From positions 39,999-103,998 of IMG/VR virus record IMGVR_UViG_3300035039_000082: a stretch of 64,000 bases of DNA; one strand, written 5' to 3'. Source of the DNA: a virus. A program made the translations under genes and the position numbers. Below the pieces are notes generated by a model that saw only the letters and a list, made by a program, of their open reading frames with translations, ran no database searches and was not told the DNA's origin. Shown in pieces: positions 49,388 to 60,398 of the stretch; the first letter of the stretch is position 1, and each line of letters begins with the position of its first letter.

Positions 49388-49915
49388 TTACATTATTAAA
49401 AATTCATAAAATTCAATAACTCTTTTATAACAACAGCATTTATAATTAATATAATTTATTGAACTTGTTTTATAAATAATATATTGACAAGTTTCAAAAC
49501 TTGGATTTTGAAATACATTTTTCCAAAAAACATAATTATATATAAAATATTTAAAATTATTCACATATTTTATATTATAATTTATATTTATTAATAAACA
49601 ACTTTCAATAAATTTAGAATAATAAATAATGTTTTTATTTTCACTAATAATCCATAATAATTCATTTTGACAAGAAAGAAACATGTCATCAGTTGGATAT
49701 TTAATATATTTAATATTTATAGGATATTTTTTAATTCCTTTAATTATATAATCATTTATCCATTTTAATTCTTTTAGAATTGGTAAAATATTTCTTTTTT
49801 CTAATTCATAATAATATTCAAATGTTTCTTTAAAAAATAATTTTTGATCTTTTTCTAATTCATTTAATTGTTTTTTTAACATTTCATCTTGAATTTTACT
49901 TTGATAAAAATTCAT
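49388..49915 (-). CDS. ELYEFL-tail family protein
   Basis: Ends CYKRVIEFYEFLIM. Confidence 0.65.
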   Translation of the reverse strand: MNFYQSKIQDEMLKKQLNELEKDQKLFFKETFEYYYELEKRNILPILKELKWINDYIIKGIKKYPINIKYIKYPTDDMFLSCQNELLWIISENKNIIYYSKFIESCLLININYNIKYVNNFKYFIYNYVFWKNVFQNPSFETCQYIIYKTSSINYINYKCCCYKRVIEFYEFLIM

Positions 49916-50330
49916 ATAACTGTTTCACTTCTTCAAAACAATCACATTCTGGATTAATAAAACTCATTAAATCTTTTAATTTTTTATTATCATGTACTAA
50001 ATAAAATGCATGATAATCTTCTTTATTACTAAATGAATTAATTGTATTGAATAGAAATTCTTGACATACTTTATAAGTAGGATTTTTAATATAAGATATA
50101 TTAAATCCACTTTTATGTTTAGCTAAATATATAGATCTTGGAGTTCTAATAGCTAATAATTGTAATTCTTCATCAGGATTATCAATATATTTAATATTAG
50201 ATCCATCTTCTTTTATTAATCCAATAATTTCTTCTCGAGTCATTCTAGAACATATTTCTTTTTGTTCTAAAAATTTGTATTGATAATCTAATAAAGATTT
50301 AGATGAATTATAATATTTATGAGTATTCAT
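49896..50330 (-). CDS. ELYEFL-tail family protein with DUF4116-like repeats
   Basis: Ends CFEEVKQLYEFLSK. Confidence 0.7.
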   Translation of the reverse strand: MNTHKYYNSSKSLLDYQYKFLEQKEICSRMTREEIIGLIKEDGSNIKYIDNPDEELQLLAIRTPRSIYLAKHKSGFNISYIKNPTYKVCQEFLFNTINSFSNKEDYHAFYLVHDNKKLKDLMSFINPECDCFEEVKQLYEFLSK

Positions 50331-50346
50331 TATTTTAGACTATTTT

Positions 50347-50826
50347 TTAATATCTATTACTAATAGAATTTTTTGTCGCATTCACAATATCAGGAATAGA
50401 ACTTTGTATTGCCATAGCAAACATATCTTTAAAGAATGTAGCTGCTAATTTATTAGCTTTCTCTTCAAGAACTTTTTCAAATTTTTCTGATAACGCTGCT
50501 TTATATTCACCATCAATATATTCACTCCCAATTTGAAATTCAGGACTTTGAAAATGTTTTTCAAGTCGAGTAATAACAATATCTCGACATTGATTCCATA
50601 TAATAGCTCTGAAAGGAGATATTGGAGTTGTTAATTCTGAGATTTTATTATAATTATTTATACTTCTAATAGTAAAATTATTAGATGTAGTCTGGAAAAA
50701 TGCTTTAATTTCATTATTTATAAGTGTTTCAAATTTATCGTCTGGAATAAGATTAAAGAAATTTAATTTTACATTTTCTGTAATCTTCTCTTTAAGATCT
50801 TGCATATTCATCAGTTCATTAGTCAT
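50347..50826 (-). CDS. Hypothetical protein
   Basis: RBS aaggag, 159 aa. Confidence 0.65.
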   Translation of the reverse strand: MTNELMNMQDLKEKITENVKLNFFNLIPDDKFETLINNEIKAFFQTTSNNFTIRSINNYNKISELTTPISPFRAIIWNQCRDIVITRLEKHFQSPEFQIGSEYIDGEYKAALSEKFEKVLEEKANKLAATFFKDMFAMAIQSSIPDIVNATKNSISNRY

Positions 50827-50840
50827 ACTTTTTCTCCTTT

Positions 50841-51059
50841 TTACTTTATTAGAAATTCATAAAACTCTTTTATCTTTGGATATTCAGGATGATCAGTTCT
50901 AATAAATTGATAGTATTCTATATTATCATATAATACTTGTTGAATTACTTCAAAATTAACAAAATTATTTTTTAAATTATATTCAATAACTGGATCACGA
51001 ACTTTTTTAATTTTAAATGCAAAATTAATATATTCAATTGGTTTAGTAGAAGTAATCAT
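50841..51059 (-). CDS. ELYEFL-tail family protein
   Basis: Ends YPKIKEFYEFLIK. Confidence 0.65.
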   Translation of the reverse strand: MITSTKPIEYINFAFKIKKVRDPVIEYNLKNNFVNFEVIQQVLYDNIEYYQFIRTDHPEYPKIKEFYEFLIK

Positions 51060-51505
51060 ATTGTTAAATACTTATGCATTTGTTTAATTTCATTATAACA
51101 TTCAGTTTGACTTGAAATATAGTTTATTATATTAATGTCTTTATAAAGAAATTCTTGGTAGATTTTTAATGGTAGATTTTTAAAATAGAATATATTTTTT
51201 ATACTTCTGTAATGAATAAGCCCAGTAATAAATTTTTCTTCTGTAACTTTTTTATTTAAAATTATTTTTAATTTATCTTCATCAAATTTATTCATTAAAT
51301 ATAATCGTTCAATGTATTTACAGATTTTAATTCTTTTCATATTTATTAATTCAATTAAAAATTCTATATTTACTTGATTTAAAATGAATGATCTGTAATC
51401 ATAATTATATTCATTTAATAATTTATGAAATGTTTTAATATTATTTTTATTTCTTAATATACTTTTAATTCTTTTGTAATCGGCAGATTCTTTTCTTTTT
51501 GTCAT
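51056..51505 (-). CDS. ELYEFL-tail family protein
   Basis: Ends CYNEIKQMHKYLTI; KESADY shared with 51502. Confidence 0.65.
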   Translation of the reverse strand: MTKRKESADYKRIKSILRNKNNIKTFHKLLNEYNYDYRSFILNQVNIEFLIELINMKRIKICKYIERLYLMNKFDEDKLKIILNKKVTEEKFITGLIHYRSIKNIFYFKNLPLKIYQEFLYKDINIINYISSQTECYNEIKQMHKYLTI

Positions 51506-51942
51506 AATTTTAAAAACCTATAGTATTCTTTTATTTCATTATAATTTTTAGTATCTTCTGAAATATTCTCGAATATATTTATATTAGATTGAATTGCTTT
51601 AAAATAAACATATAATGGTAGATTTTCAAAATATTTTATTGATGCTTCCCACATATATGCTACTTTATTAATCCAGTCATTATGTGGATGTGGATATAAT
51701 AATTTACATAATATTTGAACTAATTTATCTTCATTAAACTTATTAATTAAATATCTTTGTTCAATATATTTAGTAGATTTATTAATATCTATTTCTATTA
51801 TTGATAATAATTTGTTTAAAGATAAACTATCTAATTTAAATTTTTCAACTTCATTAAAACAATTTAAATTTCGAATATATTGAATATAATCGTTTTTGTT
51901 TGATAATGCTTTTAAAAATTGATAATCGGCAGATTCTTTCAT
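51502..51942 (-). CDS. ELYEFL-tail family protein
   Basis: Ends YNEIKEYYRFLKL. Confidence 0.65.
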   Translation of the reverse strand: MKESADYQFLKALSNKNDYIQYIRNLNCFNEVEKFKLDSLSLNKLLSIIEIDINKSTKYIEQRYLINKFNEDKLVQILCKLLYPHPHNDWINKVAYMWEASIKYFENLPLYVYFKAIQSNINIFENISEDTKNYNEIKEYYRFLKL

Positions 51943-52109
51943 TATTTTCCTTTCTAAAAATATAAAATTTAAAAAAGTCTTATATTAATATAATTTATAT
52001 ATTAAATTTAAGAATCTTAAAAAAGAATCTACTTTTTCGCCGCTTCCAAAAAAAATAAAATAGGTGATAAGATATATAAATCTTATCATATCACCTATAG
52101 GTTTTAATA

Positions 52110-52406
52110 TTACACACTTTTCATATAATTATCAATTTCAGGACAATATTTCAAAAAAGCATATAATTGTGCTTCTTCTTTTGTATCAAATGTAATTCCT
52201 TTTAATTCTTTAATCCAATATTTTTTAGTATCTTCAATATATTGGTATGTATATTTATTTTCAAATTCTTTTAACATTTTAATAACGGTATATATATTTG
52301 AAATTTGGTCTGCATTATAAAATAATGCATTGATAATATGTTTGGTAATTCTATTATTTTCCAAAGTAGGGATTTTAAGTTCGATATATTTGTATTCATC
52401 TGCCAT
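52110..52406 (-). CDS. Hypothetical protein
   Basis: RBS gaggag. Confidence 0.6.
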   Translation of the reverse strand: MADEYKYIELKIPTLENNRITKHIINALFYNADQISNIYTVIKMLKEFENKYTYQYIEDTKKYWIKELKGITFDTKEEAQLYAFLKYCPEIDNYMKSV

Positions 52407-52434
52407 GATTTTTATTCTCCTCTTTATTTATTTA

Positions 52435-52647
52435 TTAATTATCTAATGGAAATATTTCATCTAATGTTTTATTTTGATCGTAATCTTTTTCAGAATCCAT
52501 AAATTTTTTAATATTTTCGTTATTAATTATAATATCCATTTGTTCTAATTCATTAAAACATTCATTACAAATGTATCCATGATTTTCTGAATATCTAATA
52601 CATAAAATAGTTTTACAACCTTTTCTATTACAAGCTCTGTTACTCAT
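52435..52647 (-). CDS. Small Cys-rich protein
   Basis: CNRKGC...C...ICNEC. Confidence 0.6.
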   Translation of the reverse strand: MSNRACNRKGCKTILCIRYSENHGYICNECFNELEQMDIIINNENIKKFMDSEKDYDQNKTLDEIFPLDN

Positions 52648-52669
52648 ATTATTCTCCTTTTTTTATTAA

Positions 52670-52870
52670 TTATTTAAGACTATGTCGTTTAATAAAATCA
52701 ATATCCTCTTTAATTTCTTTATCTGAATAATCAACATGTTGATTATCTATAATTTCATTAACTGTTTTTTCAATTAATTCAATTGCTTTTTTTGGTTTTT
52801 TCATAACAATACTGGCTCCACCTAAAATTAATCCAAGTTGAGTACCAGTTACTAAGTATCTGTTAGCCAT
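52670..52870 (-). CDS. Small hypothetical protein
   Basis: RBS aaggag. Confidence 0.6.
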   Translation of the reverse strand: MANRYLVTGTQLGLILGGASIVMKKPKKAIELIEKTVNEIIDNQHVDYSDKEIKEDIDFIKRHSLK

Positions 52871-52943
52871 GATTTTTATTCTCCTTATTTAGATAGTTAA
52901 AAATTCTTTAATAATCTATTTTTCGCCGCTTCCAAAAATAATT

Positions 52944-53282
52944 TTATTTCCTTTCTAATGGATCACCACAAAACTCACAACAATCACATGATGGATCATG
53001 AATCTTATGATACATACAAAATCCAAATGGACTTTTAGGACAGTCCCATTCTGTTGAGATATAATACCATTCAATTTCTTCATCAATTTCAGGATATTCT
53101 TTTCCATCTCTATCTCTATACATTAATTTATATCCTATTCTATCTAATTCTTCTTTAGCTATTTCATAAATATATTCACTTAATACACTAATTTGATTAT
53201 AGACTTGTTCAATTTTCTTTTTAATTTCTTCTTGTTCATATTTAACAATTTCTATTTCATTAAGTATTTCATTATTTCCCAT
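52944..53282 (-). CDS. Protein with C-terminal Cys-rich zinc-binding motif
   Basis: WDCPKSPFGFCMY...CDCCEFCGDPLERK. Confidence 0.65.
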   Translation of the reverse strand: MGNNEILNEIEIVKYEQEEIKKKIEQVYNQISVLSEYIYEIAKEELDRIGYKLMYRDRDGKEYPEIDEEIEWYYISTEWDCPKSPFGFCMYHKIHDPSCDCCEFCGDPLERK

Positions 53283-53404
53283 TATTTTTATTCTCCTTTA
53301 TTTAAAGATTGTATGAATAATAAATCTAAAGAATATTAATAGAACACAAAACATACAAAAAACAATAACATCAGACATTATTTATTCTCCATTTTTAGAT
53401 TTTT

Positions 53405-53716
53405 TCATAGAGTTAAAAATTGATATAACTCTTTTAATTCATTATAATCTTCTCTAGTTTTATTTATAAAGAAGAAGTAATATGATGATAAATATATAAA
53501 TTTTTTTAATACTTTAAATTTTAAGAAATTTTTATTATCATTAATAATAATATTTATAGCATGTTTATTTAATTTTAATTCGCTATCTAATGTTATTAAA
53601 TTTATAAATTGAATATTAATTTTATTAGATTCATTTTTAATTTTATTAATATATTCTTTAGAGATATTTCTTTTATCAATATAATATTCACCACCATGAG
53701 TAAACATTTTTATCAC
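53405..53716 (-). CDS. ELYEFL-tail family protein
   Basis: Ends YNELKELYQFLTL. Confidence 0.65.
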   Translation of the reverse strand: MIKMFTHGGEYYIDKRNISKEYINKIKNESNKINIQFINLITLDSELKLNKHAINIIINDNKNFLKFKVLKKFIYLSSYYFFFINKTREDYNELKELYQFLTL

Positions 53717-53718
53717 CT

Positions 53719-54195
53719 TTACATAGTTAAGAATTCATATAATTCATATACTTTTGGAAATCTTTTAATATCCACATATTGAATTGCATTTGGATCTTTT
53801 CTAATAGCTTCAAGACAGAGTTCTTCTGTTTGATTTTTAACATATTGTAATGATGATCCATCTTTTTTAACAGCTTCTAAACATATCTCTTCTGTTTGAT
53901 TTTTAACAAATTGTAATGATGATCCATCTTTTTTAACAGCTTCAAAACATATCTCTTCTGTTTGATTTTTAACAAATTTTAATGCATTTTCATTTTCTTT
54001 TACAGCTTCCATACAAATTTGTTCTGTTTTATTTTTAACATATTGTAATGCCCACCCATTTTGTCTTATAGCATCAATACATATCTCTTCTGTTTGATTT
54101 TTAACATATTGTATTAACAAGCCACTTTCTTTAACTTTTCTTAAACAATAATCTTTATCATACCATTTTAAAAGTTTTTCTTTCGTATAATACAT
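53719..54195 (-). CDS. DUF4116 repeat protein with ELYEFL tail
   Basis: Tandem LQYVKNQTEEICLEAVK repeats; ends KVYELYEFLTM. Confidence 0.8.
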   Translation of the reverse strand: MYYTKEKLLKWYDKDYCLRKVKESGLLIQYVKNQTEEICIDAIRQNGWALQYVKNKTEQICMEAVKENENALKFVKNQTEEICFEAVKKDGSSLQFVKNQTEEICLEAVKKDGSSLQYVKNQTEELCLEAIRKDPNAIQYVDIKRFPKVYELYEFLTM

Positions 54196-54682
54196 ATTTT
54201 TATTCCTTTCTAAAAGATAAAAATTTTTATTCTATATTTATTATTTATATATAAATCTGTTGAATCTTAAATAAGTTAAAACTCTTTTAATTTTCTAAAA
54301 TTTTCAACAATTTTAACTTATAATATAGACGTGTAAATTCTTATGAATATTAATTTAATTCTATTTTTGACTCTTTAAAATAATTTTAATTTCTGAATTT
54401 TTATTTTTTAGGACGGGATAAAAACAAGATTCTTTTTAGATTAATTAGATCTTTTTGGTAAGCGGCAGATTTTAAAATTTTGCTACTTTAGAAAATTTAA
54501 AAATCTTTAAATGATAACTTTAACCTTGGTGGGAAATTGCTCACCAAACTGAGTGAAAATTTAGATTTATCTTTAAAAAACTCTATTTAATTTTAAATAA
54601 TTTTATTTTTATTCTTAAAAACTCTTTAATAATCTATTTTTCGCCGCTTCCAAAATAAAATAAATTAATAAAAAGGTGTTTT

Positions 54683-54880
54683 ATGATTTCTACAAATAAC
54701 ATATTCCTTGAAGCATTAAATCCTACTATTAAAAAATCTTTTATTCAATCTGGTAAATTATTAGGTGCTGGAGCTGGTTTAGGGATTTCTAGTGTGGGGA
54801 AAACATTAGATTATTCAGGTAAAAAATTATATGATAAATTATCAGATAAGAATCAAAAAGATAATCAAAATAAAAAATAA
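54683..54880 (+). CDS. Small Gly-rich protein with MISxxxIF N-terminus
   Basis: MISTNNIF; LLGAGAGLG. Confidence 0.55.
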   Translation: MISTNNIFLEALNPTIKKSFIQSGKLLGAGAGLGISSVGKTLDYSGKKLYDKLSDKNQKDNQNKK

Positions 54881-54947
54881 TTTAAATCTTTCTTATTAAT
54901 TCTCTTTTACAAGAACTAATAAGAAAGATTTATTTATTATATTCTTT

Positions 54948-55559
54948 TTAATATTTAACTCTAAAACATAAATATTGAATTACATAATTATATTCTTCTT
55001 CATTTTTAAAATTATCTGGATCTAAATGCCATTCATTAATCCAAGATTCTTCTTCTTTGTTTTTAATAATATCAGACCACATATCAAATGTTTGATTTTT
55101 AATTAATTGATGAATAAATTTTTTACCTTCAATATCTTTTTTTAATACTCCTTCTTTAATATTATCATTAATATTATTTAATCTCTTTTTCATACTTTTA
55201 ATTTTTTCAATATCTTTTTTTAATTGAACAAACATTTTATAATAATCTTCAATTAATATTTCTTTATCAATCTTAAAATATATTGTGAATCGATATTTAT
55301 TATTAATTTTCTTTAATTTATATGAATCTATAATATCTTTGTATTTATGATTCTTTAATAATTGATCTAATTTTTCTTCTAATTGATATGTATAATTTTT
55401 TATTCCCCACCAACAATATCGATATAGACCATTCTTTAATATATTAGAATCAATACCATTGTAAGCTTTATAATAATTAAAATATCTATTAATTTCATTA
55501 CTAATATCATTTCGAATTGCAATTATTTTTTTTTGAAGATTTTTATTTAAGATTTGCAT
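54948..55559 (-). CDS. Hypothetical protein
   Basis: 203-aa ORF. Confidence 0.6.
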   Translation of the reverse strand: MQILNKNLQKKIIAIRNDISNEINRYFNYYKAYNGIDSNILKNGLYRYCWWGIKNYTYQLEEKLDQLLKNHKYKDIIDSYKLKKINNKYRFTIYFKIDKEILIEDYYKMFVQLKKDIEKIKSMKKRLNNINDNIKEGVLKKDIEGKKFIHQLIKNQTFDMWSDIIKNKEEESWINEWHLDPDNFKNEEEYNYVIQYLCFRVKY

Positions 55560-55594
55560 TTAATTATTAATTCAATATAATTTAATTTTATCAT

Positions 55595-56452
55595 TTAAAT
55601 TAAATGATCAATTTGAGTATCAATATGTTTTTTTAATTCTTTAAATTGATTTTCTATATCTGATTGAGATACTAATTCAGTTTTGAATTGATCTAATGTT
55701 TGATCTATTGTTTCTAACAAATTATTATTTTCATCAATATTTTGATCTATTGTTTCTAACAAATTATTATTTTGAATAATATTTTGATCTATTGTTTCTA
55801 ACAAATTATTATTTTGAATAATATCATTTTTAATATCTCCGATATCATTTTCAAAATCATTAATTCGATCATCTAAATCACTAATGTTATTTTCAAGATC
55901 ATCAATTCGATCATCTAAATGATCAATTTTTTCAATAAGAATATTTAATTTATTATTTATATTTTCTATTAATTCTTGTTTCTTTTTTGATGAAATAATA
56001 AGATCAGTTTTTATTATTTTAGGTTCGATAATTGGTTCTGAGTCTTTTTTTGTAAGTGTTTTTAGTAAATCTTTTTCTGATTCATTAATCAAATATTTTT
56101 CTTGAATTATATAATATTCTCCATCAATATCTACTTTATATTTATAATCTATTTTAGTATCACTTTCAGAATATCTTTGTTCAATAATAATTCCTTTAGG
56201 ATAATCTGTAGTATAAATAGTATCATTAATATTATATTTAAATTGATACATCATTTCTAATTCATTAATTTCTTCTTGCCCAATAATATCTTTTTCAAAA
56301 ATATTTAAAATCATATCTCTATTACATTTAATATCATATGTAATTTGTAAAACTCCATTCTTATTAAAAATAATATGTCTTTTGAATATTTTTCCAGATA
56401 CTTCAATTGGATTTTTAATTGAGATAGTATCATTGAGATTGTATTTAAACAT
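55595..56452 (-). CDS. Protein with C-terminal heptad coiled coil
   Basis: LDDRIDDLE and NNNLLETIDQ repeats; RBS aaggag. Confidence 0.7.
   Translation of the reverse strand: MFKYNLNDTISIKNPIEVSGKIFKRHIIFNKNGVLQITYDIKCNRDMILNIFEKDIIGQEEINELEMMYQFKYNINDTIYTTDYPKGIIIEQRYSESDTKIDYKYKVDIDGEYYIIQEKYLINESEKDLLKTLTKKDSEPIIEPKIIKTDLIISSKKKQELIENINNKLNILIEKIDHLDDRIDDLENNISDLDDRINDFENDIGDIKNDIIQNNNLLETIDQNIIQNNNLLETIDQNIDENNNLLETIDQTLDQFKTELVSQSDIENQFKELKKHIDTQIDHLI
55699..55824. repeat. Three tandem 42-nt coding repeats
   Basis: tttgatctattgtttctaacaaattattatttt unit repeated three times. Confidence 0.85.
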
Positions 56453-56466
56453 TTTGTTCTCCTTTT

Positions 56467-56763
56467 TTATATCTTTAAAAATTTATATAATTCCATCACA
56501 TCATTATAACAATTATATTTTTTACATTTGTTCTTATCAAAATTATAATTAAAATATTTTAAATTTTTAGTTAATAATGATTGCCACATATTAAATGTAT
56601 GATGGTGAATTATTTTTATATATTTTGGATGTTTATCAATAATATCTTCTTGTAATTCAATTGGTAATTGATTAATAATACGTTTATAGTTATTTGTTAT
56701 ATGATAAAATCCATTATCACAACAATAATATAATTTTTGAAGATCTTCTGAATATTTAGACAT
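56467..56763 (-). CDS. ELYEFL-tail family protein
   Basis: Ends CYNDVMELYKFLKI; close paralog of 56767. Confidence 0.7.
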   Translation of the reverse strand: MSKYSEDLQKLYYCCDNGFYHITNNYKRIINQLPIELQEDIIDKHPKYIKIIHHHTFNMWQSLLTKNLKYFNYNFDKNKCKKYNCYNDVMELYKFLKI

Positions 56764-56766
56764 TTT

Positions 56767-57087
56767 TTATACCTTTAAGAAATTATATAATTCTATTACT
56801 TCATTATAACAATTATATTTAAAACAATTATCTTTATTTAAATATTTAAACCATTTTAAATTTTTAGATAATAATATTTGCCACATATTTAATGTATGGT
56901 GATAGATTAAATGAATTTTAGTTGGTGTACGTGAAATAAGATTTTCTTGTAATTCAATAGGTAATTGATTAATTGATTGAACATGAAGATCATTTTTAAT
57001 ATTACCATCTCTAAAAGGACAAGATCGAAAAAATTGATATATTAATTGAATTTGAAATGGGTATTTAGAAATATCTATATTGATCAT
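56767..57087 (-). CDS. ELYEFL-tail family protein
   Basis: Ends CYNEVIELYNFLKV. Confidence 0.7.
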   Translation of the reverse strand: MINIDISKYPFQIQLIYQFFRSCPFRDGNIKNDLHVQSINQLPIELQENLISRTPTKIHLIYHHTLNMWQILLSKNLKWFKYLNKDNCFKYNCYNEVIELYNFLKV

Positions 57088-57108
57088 GTTTTCTCTTTTC
57101 TTATATAG

Positions 57109-57408
57109 TTATATAGTTAAATATTTATACAATTCATATAGTTTATAATACTCTGGATGTTCTTTATTAATATGTTTAAATAATTTTGGATTTAAATATA
57201 ATAAATTTTGCAAAGTTTCAAATTTAAATCTATAATTATATCGCATAAATACTCTTCGGTCATCTATTTTAGATTGATTATAATAATCATAAATAGGTGC
57301 GCATTTAATATTTATAAAAACCATTGTTTTTGTTATTTCTTTATTTTGATATTTATTAATTTGTTTAATAATATAATCTTCATATTCTTCGATAGTTATA
57401 AATTTCAT
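57109..57408 (-). CDS. ELYEFL-tail family protein
   Basis: Ends YYKLYELYKYLTI. Confidence 0.7.
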   Translation of the reverse strand: MKFITIEEYEDYIIKQINKYQNKEITKTMVFINIKCAPIYDYYNQSKIDDRRVFMRYNYRFKFETLQNLLYLNPKLFKHINKEHPEYYKLYELYKYLTI

Positions 57409-57731
57409 AATGTTAAAAACATATATAATTCATATAATTCTTGATAATATTTATGAGTTAAATCAATACATTGAATTATTTCTGGCTTTTCATATATTAA
57501 ATTAGATAAAATATTATAATCTAATTTATGTTGATGTTCATCTAATACTTCATTTTTTAATGTGGGATTACTATAATTAACATATGATGGATTATTTATA
57601 TAATATATACCTTCATTATATGATAGTATAATATAAATTATTTTATTAATACAATTTATATTATTATAATAATAATCGCGTAATAAATTATCTAATTTAT
57701 TTATAGGATCTAAATCATATAATTTTATCAT
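57405..57731 (-). CDS. ELYEFL-tail family protein
   Basis: Ends YYQELYELYMFLTL. Confidence 0.7.
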   Translation of the reverse strand: MIKLYDLDPINKLDNLLRDYYYNNINCINKIIYIILSYNEGIYYINNPSYVNYSNPTLKNEVLDEHQHKLDYNILSNLIYEKPEIIQCIDLTHKYYQELYELYMFLTL

Positions 57732-58183
57732 AATGTTAGAAATTTATATAATTCTTTAACTTGTTTTTGTAATTCATAATCATTACTTGGTATAGTTATA
57801 TATTTATAATAATTAATATTTCTTATTAATAACCATTCACATAATTCATAAGATGGATATTTAATATATCTTAGTAACTTATTATGAGCAGTTATATAAG
57901 TTATATATAACCAATTCGATATAAATAATTTAACAAATTCTTTATTATCGATATTATAATTATATAATTTTGCAATTAAGTTAATAATTTTATAATCATA
58001 TCCTCGATATAAAGTATCAATTATATCAAATTGTTTTTGAATCGGCAAATTCTTGAATGAAGACTTATTATTAACAATAATATTTTTTGAATATAAAAAT
58101 TCATCTGTATTATAATTTGTTTTATTTAATATATATTCATTAAGTATTTTATAGTCAACACCATTTATCACATATTTATTCAT
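57728..58183 (-). CDS. ELYEFL-tail family protein
   Basis: Ends QKQVKELYKFLTL. Confidence 0.7.
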   Translation of the reverse strand: MNKYVINGVDYKILNEYILNKTNYNTDEFLYSKNIIVNNKSSFKNLPIQKQFDIIDTLYRGYDYKIINLIAKLYNYNIDNKEFVKLFISNWLYITYITAHNKLLRYIKYPSYELCEWLLIRNINYYKYITIPSNDYELQKQVKELYKFLTL

Positions 58184-58460
58184 TTTATATCCTTAGTGTT
58201 TTGAAAATTATATATAATCTCGCCGCTTCCAAAATAAATAATCTTTAGCCATATTTTATTCTCCTTTTTTATATTCTTTTAATATTATAATTTATATATG
58301 TAATCTTATAATATTAAAAATTTATAAAAAATAAAAAGAGAGTAATTATGATTTTTAAATGGATAACAAATATTGGATTGGGTATAGGATTGTTTATTAA
58401 TTATATTTTAAATATCTTTAAAAATAAAAATTAGTGAAATAATATAAATTCACTAATTTA

Positions 58461-58778
58461 TTATAGAATTAAGAATTCAAATAACTCTTTTAATTCTTTA
58501 TAATATTTATGATTCTCATTAATATTTTGTATTAAAAATTTATTATGATAAATTAATTTTGACAATATTTCATAATCTAATAGATGTTGATTTTCTTTTA
58601 ATATATTACTTTTAATTTCAATATTATATTTGCCAAAATCACAAGGTTTAATATTAAATTTTATATTGTCAATTATTAAATCTATTATACAATTAAATGT
58701 ACGATCATCTTTATTTCCATTATTGTAATCATTTATTAATTTTTCAATTATATTTTTATTATAATTTTGTGAATTCAT
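58461..58778 (-). CDS. ELYEFL-tail family protein
   Basis: Ends YYKELKELFEFLIL. Confidence 0.7.
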   Translation of the reverse strand: MNSQNYNKNIIEKLINDYNNGNKDDRTFNCIIDLIIDNIKFNIKPCDFGKYNIEIKSNILKENQHLLDYEILSKLIYHNKFLIQNINENHKYYKELKELFEFLIL

Positions 58779-59278
58779 ACTGTCAAAAACTCATATAATT
58801 CTTTTACTTGCTTTTTTATTTTTGAATTTTTAAAATCAAAATATTTAAAATAACCTAAATGTTTATATAATAACAATTCCCATATTTCATAAGAGAAACT
58901 ATTTGCATAATGTGCTACCATTTTAAAATGTGAAAAATAATTAATTGTATTAAATATTAATCTAAATATTTCTTCTGGAATTTTATTATTATCATATAAT
59001 TCAAAAATTAAATATACAAAATCATCATAATTATGGACATAATCATATCTGTTTATAGTTAGAATATATTCAATTAAATTATATTGTTTTTGAATCGGCA
59101 GATTTTTGAATCTAATATCATCATAAATTGAAATTTGATATTTATTGAGTACTGTTTGAATATTAATATCATCTTCTTCACTAATAATTTCAAATTCATA
59201 GCTTTTAGAATTTATTAATTCATTTTGGTTAATCATATTAAAATATTTATTTAAAGAATCTATATCTTTTTTGTTCAT
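58775..59278 (-). CDS. ELYEFL-tail family protein
   Basis: Ends KKQVKELYEFLTV. Confidence 0.7.
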   Translation of the reverse strand: MNKKDIDSLNKYFNMINQNELINSKSYEFEIISEEDDINIQTVLNKYQISIYDDIRFKNLPIQKQYNLIEYILTINRYDYVHNYDDFVYLIFELYDNNKIPEEIFRLIFNTINYFSHFKMVAHYANSFSYEIWELLLYKHLGYFKYFDFKNSKIKKQVKELYEFLTV

Positions 59279-59712
59279 ATTGTTAAAAACCTATATAACT
59301 CATCAATTTTAGTTTGTAATTCATTATTTGTAATATACAAACTATAATATAAAAATTTATTATAATATAATAATTGTTGATAATCTTCAAAAGTTAAATA
59401 TTCAGAATAATAAATTAAAATATTATTTGTTTCATTTGCTGATAAATTTTGCAATATTAAATTCAATATTTCTATTGGAATATAATTATCATATATTTGT
59501 GTAATAAATTTTGCAAATATATCATAATACATAATATTTTTTACTAAAAATAACATAAAATCATATTGTATATTAATTGATAATTTTTTGAATTTTATAT
59601 CTGAATAAAAATAATCACTATTAATTTTACTTTCAATTCTATCATCGACATAATCATAAGTTGTATTATTATTTATTTGTTCAACAATTAATTCATATTC
59701 TTTTTGTATCAT
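59275..59712 (-). CDS. ELYEFL-tail family protein
   Basis: Ends QTKIDELYRFLTI. Confidence 0.7.
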   Translation of the reverse strand: MIQKEYELIVEQINNNTTYDYVDDRIESKINSDYFYSDIKFKKLSINIQYDFMLFLVKNIMYYDIFAKFITQIYDNYIPIEILNLILQNLSANETNNILIYYSEYLTFEDYQQLLYYNKFLYYSLYITNNELQTKIDELYRFLTI

Positions 59713-59772
59713 ATGAAACCTTATTTTTCATAAGTTTGAAATTTTATAAATTCTGCCGCTTCCAAAATAATA

Positions 59773-60114
59773 TTAAATAGTAAGAAATTCATATAACTCT
59801 TTTAATTGTTGATAATTTTTATGATTCTTATTAATTTTGTTAATTATACTTGGATATCTATATAATAATCTTGACAATATATTATAATCTAAATATTCTT
59901 GATAATTATTTAATAAATGATTTTTAATTTTAATTTCACTATACTTTGTATAAGTAGTATTATCTGGAATAGCTTGATAACTATTATTAGAAAATATATA
60001 ATTGGTAACTTTTTTAATATATTCAAGATTATTTTTATCAGAATTATAATCTCTTAATAAAGATTCAAATACACCTCTTGTGATATATTCATATTTTATT
60101 CTATTTTTATTCAT
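59773..60114 (-). CDS. ELYEFL-tail family protein
   Basis: Ends YQQLKELYEFLTI. Confidence 0.7.
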   Translation of the reverse strand: MNKNRIKYEYITRGVFESLLRDYNSDKNNLEYIKKVTNYIFSNNSYQAIPDNTTYTKYSEIKIKNHLLNNYQEYLDYNILSRLLYRYPSIINKINKNHKNYQQLKELYEFLTI

Positions 60115-60398
60115 ATTGTCAAAAACTCATATAACTCTTTTAATTTTTTATAATCTTTATGATCTTCTTTAATACATTTTATTATTTCAGGATTATAATA
60201 TAATAATCTTGATAATATATCATAATTTAATAAACTTTGATGTTTTAATAATAATGTATTTTTAATAATAATTTCATGATTATCAAAAACTTCAGCAGGA
60301 GCAGGTATAAATGTATAATCATTAAAACTTAATATATAATTAAATAGGGTATCAATATTATCTTTTTTATATTTAGTTATATTATTAATTATATTCAT
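60111..60398 (-). CDS. ELYEFL-tail family protein
   Basis: Ends YKKLKELYEFLTI. Confidence 0.7.
   Translation of the reverse strand: MNIINNITKYKKDNIDTLFNYILSFNDYTFIPAPAEVFDNHEIIIKNTLLLKHQSLLNYDILSRLLYYNPEIIKCIKEDHKDYKKLKELYEFLTI

Noticed and set aside
52110-52406. Member of the ELYEFL-tail family
   Set aside because: QLYAFLK is internal, 13 residues from the end, so it was not counted.
54200-54680. Replication origin in the long AT-rich intergenic gap
   Set aside because: No clear iterons; adequately explained as a divergent promoter region with two opposed GCCGCTT motifs.
55699-55824. 42-nt repeats as iterons or a CRISPR mini-array
   Set aside because: In-frame coiled-coil repeats inside a CDS.
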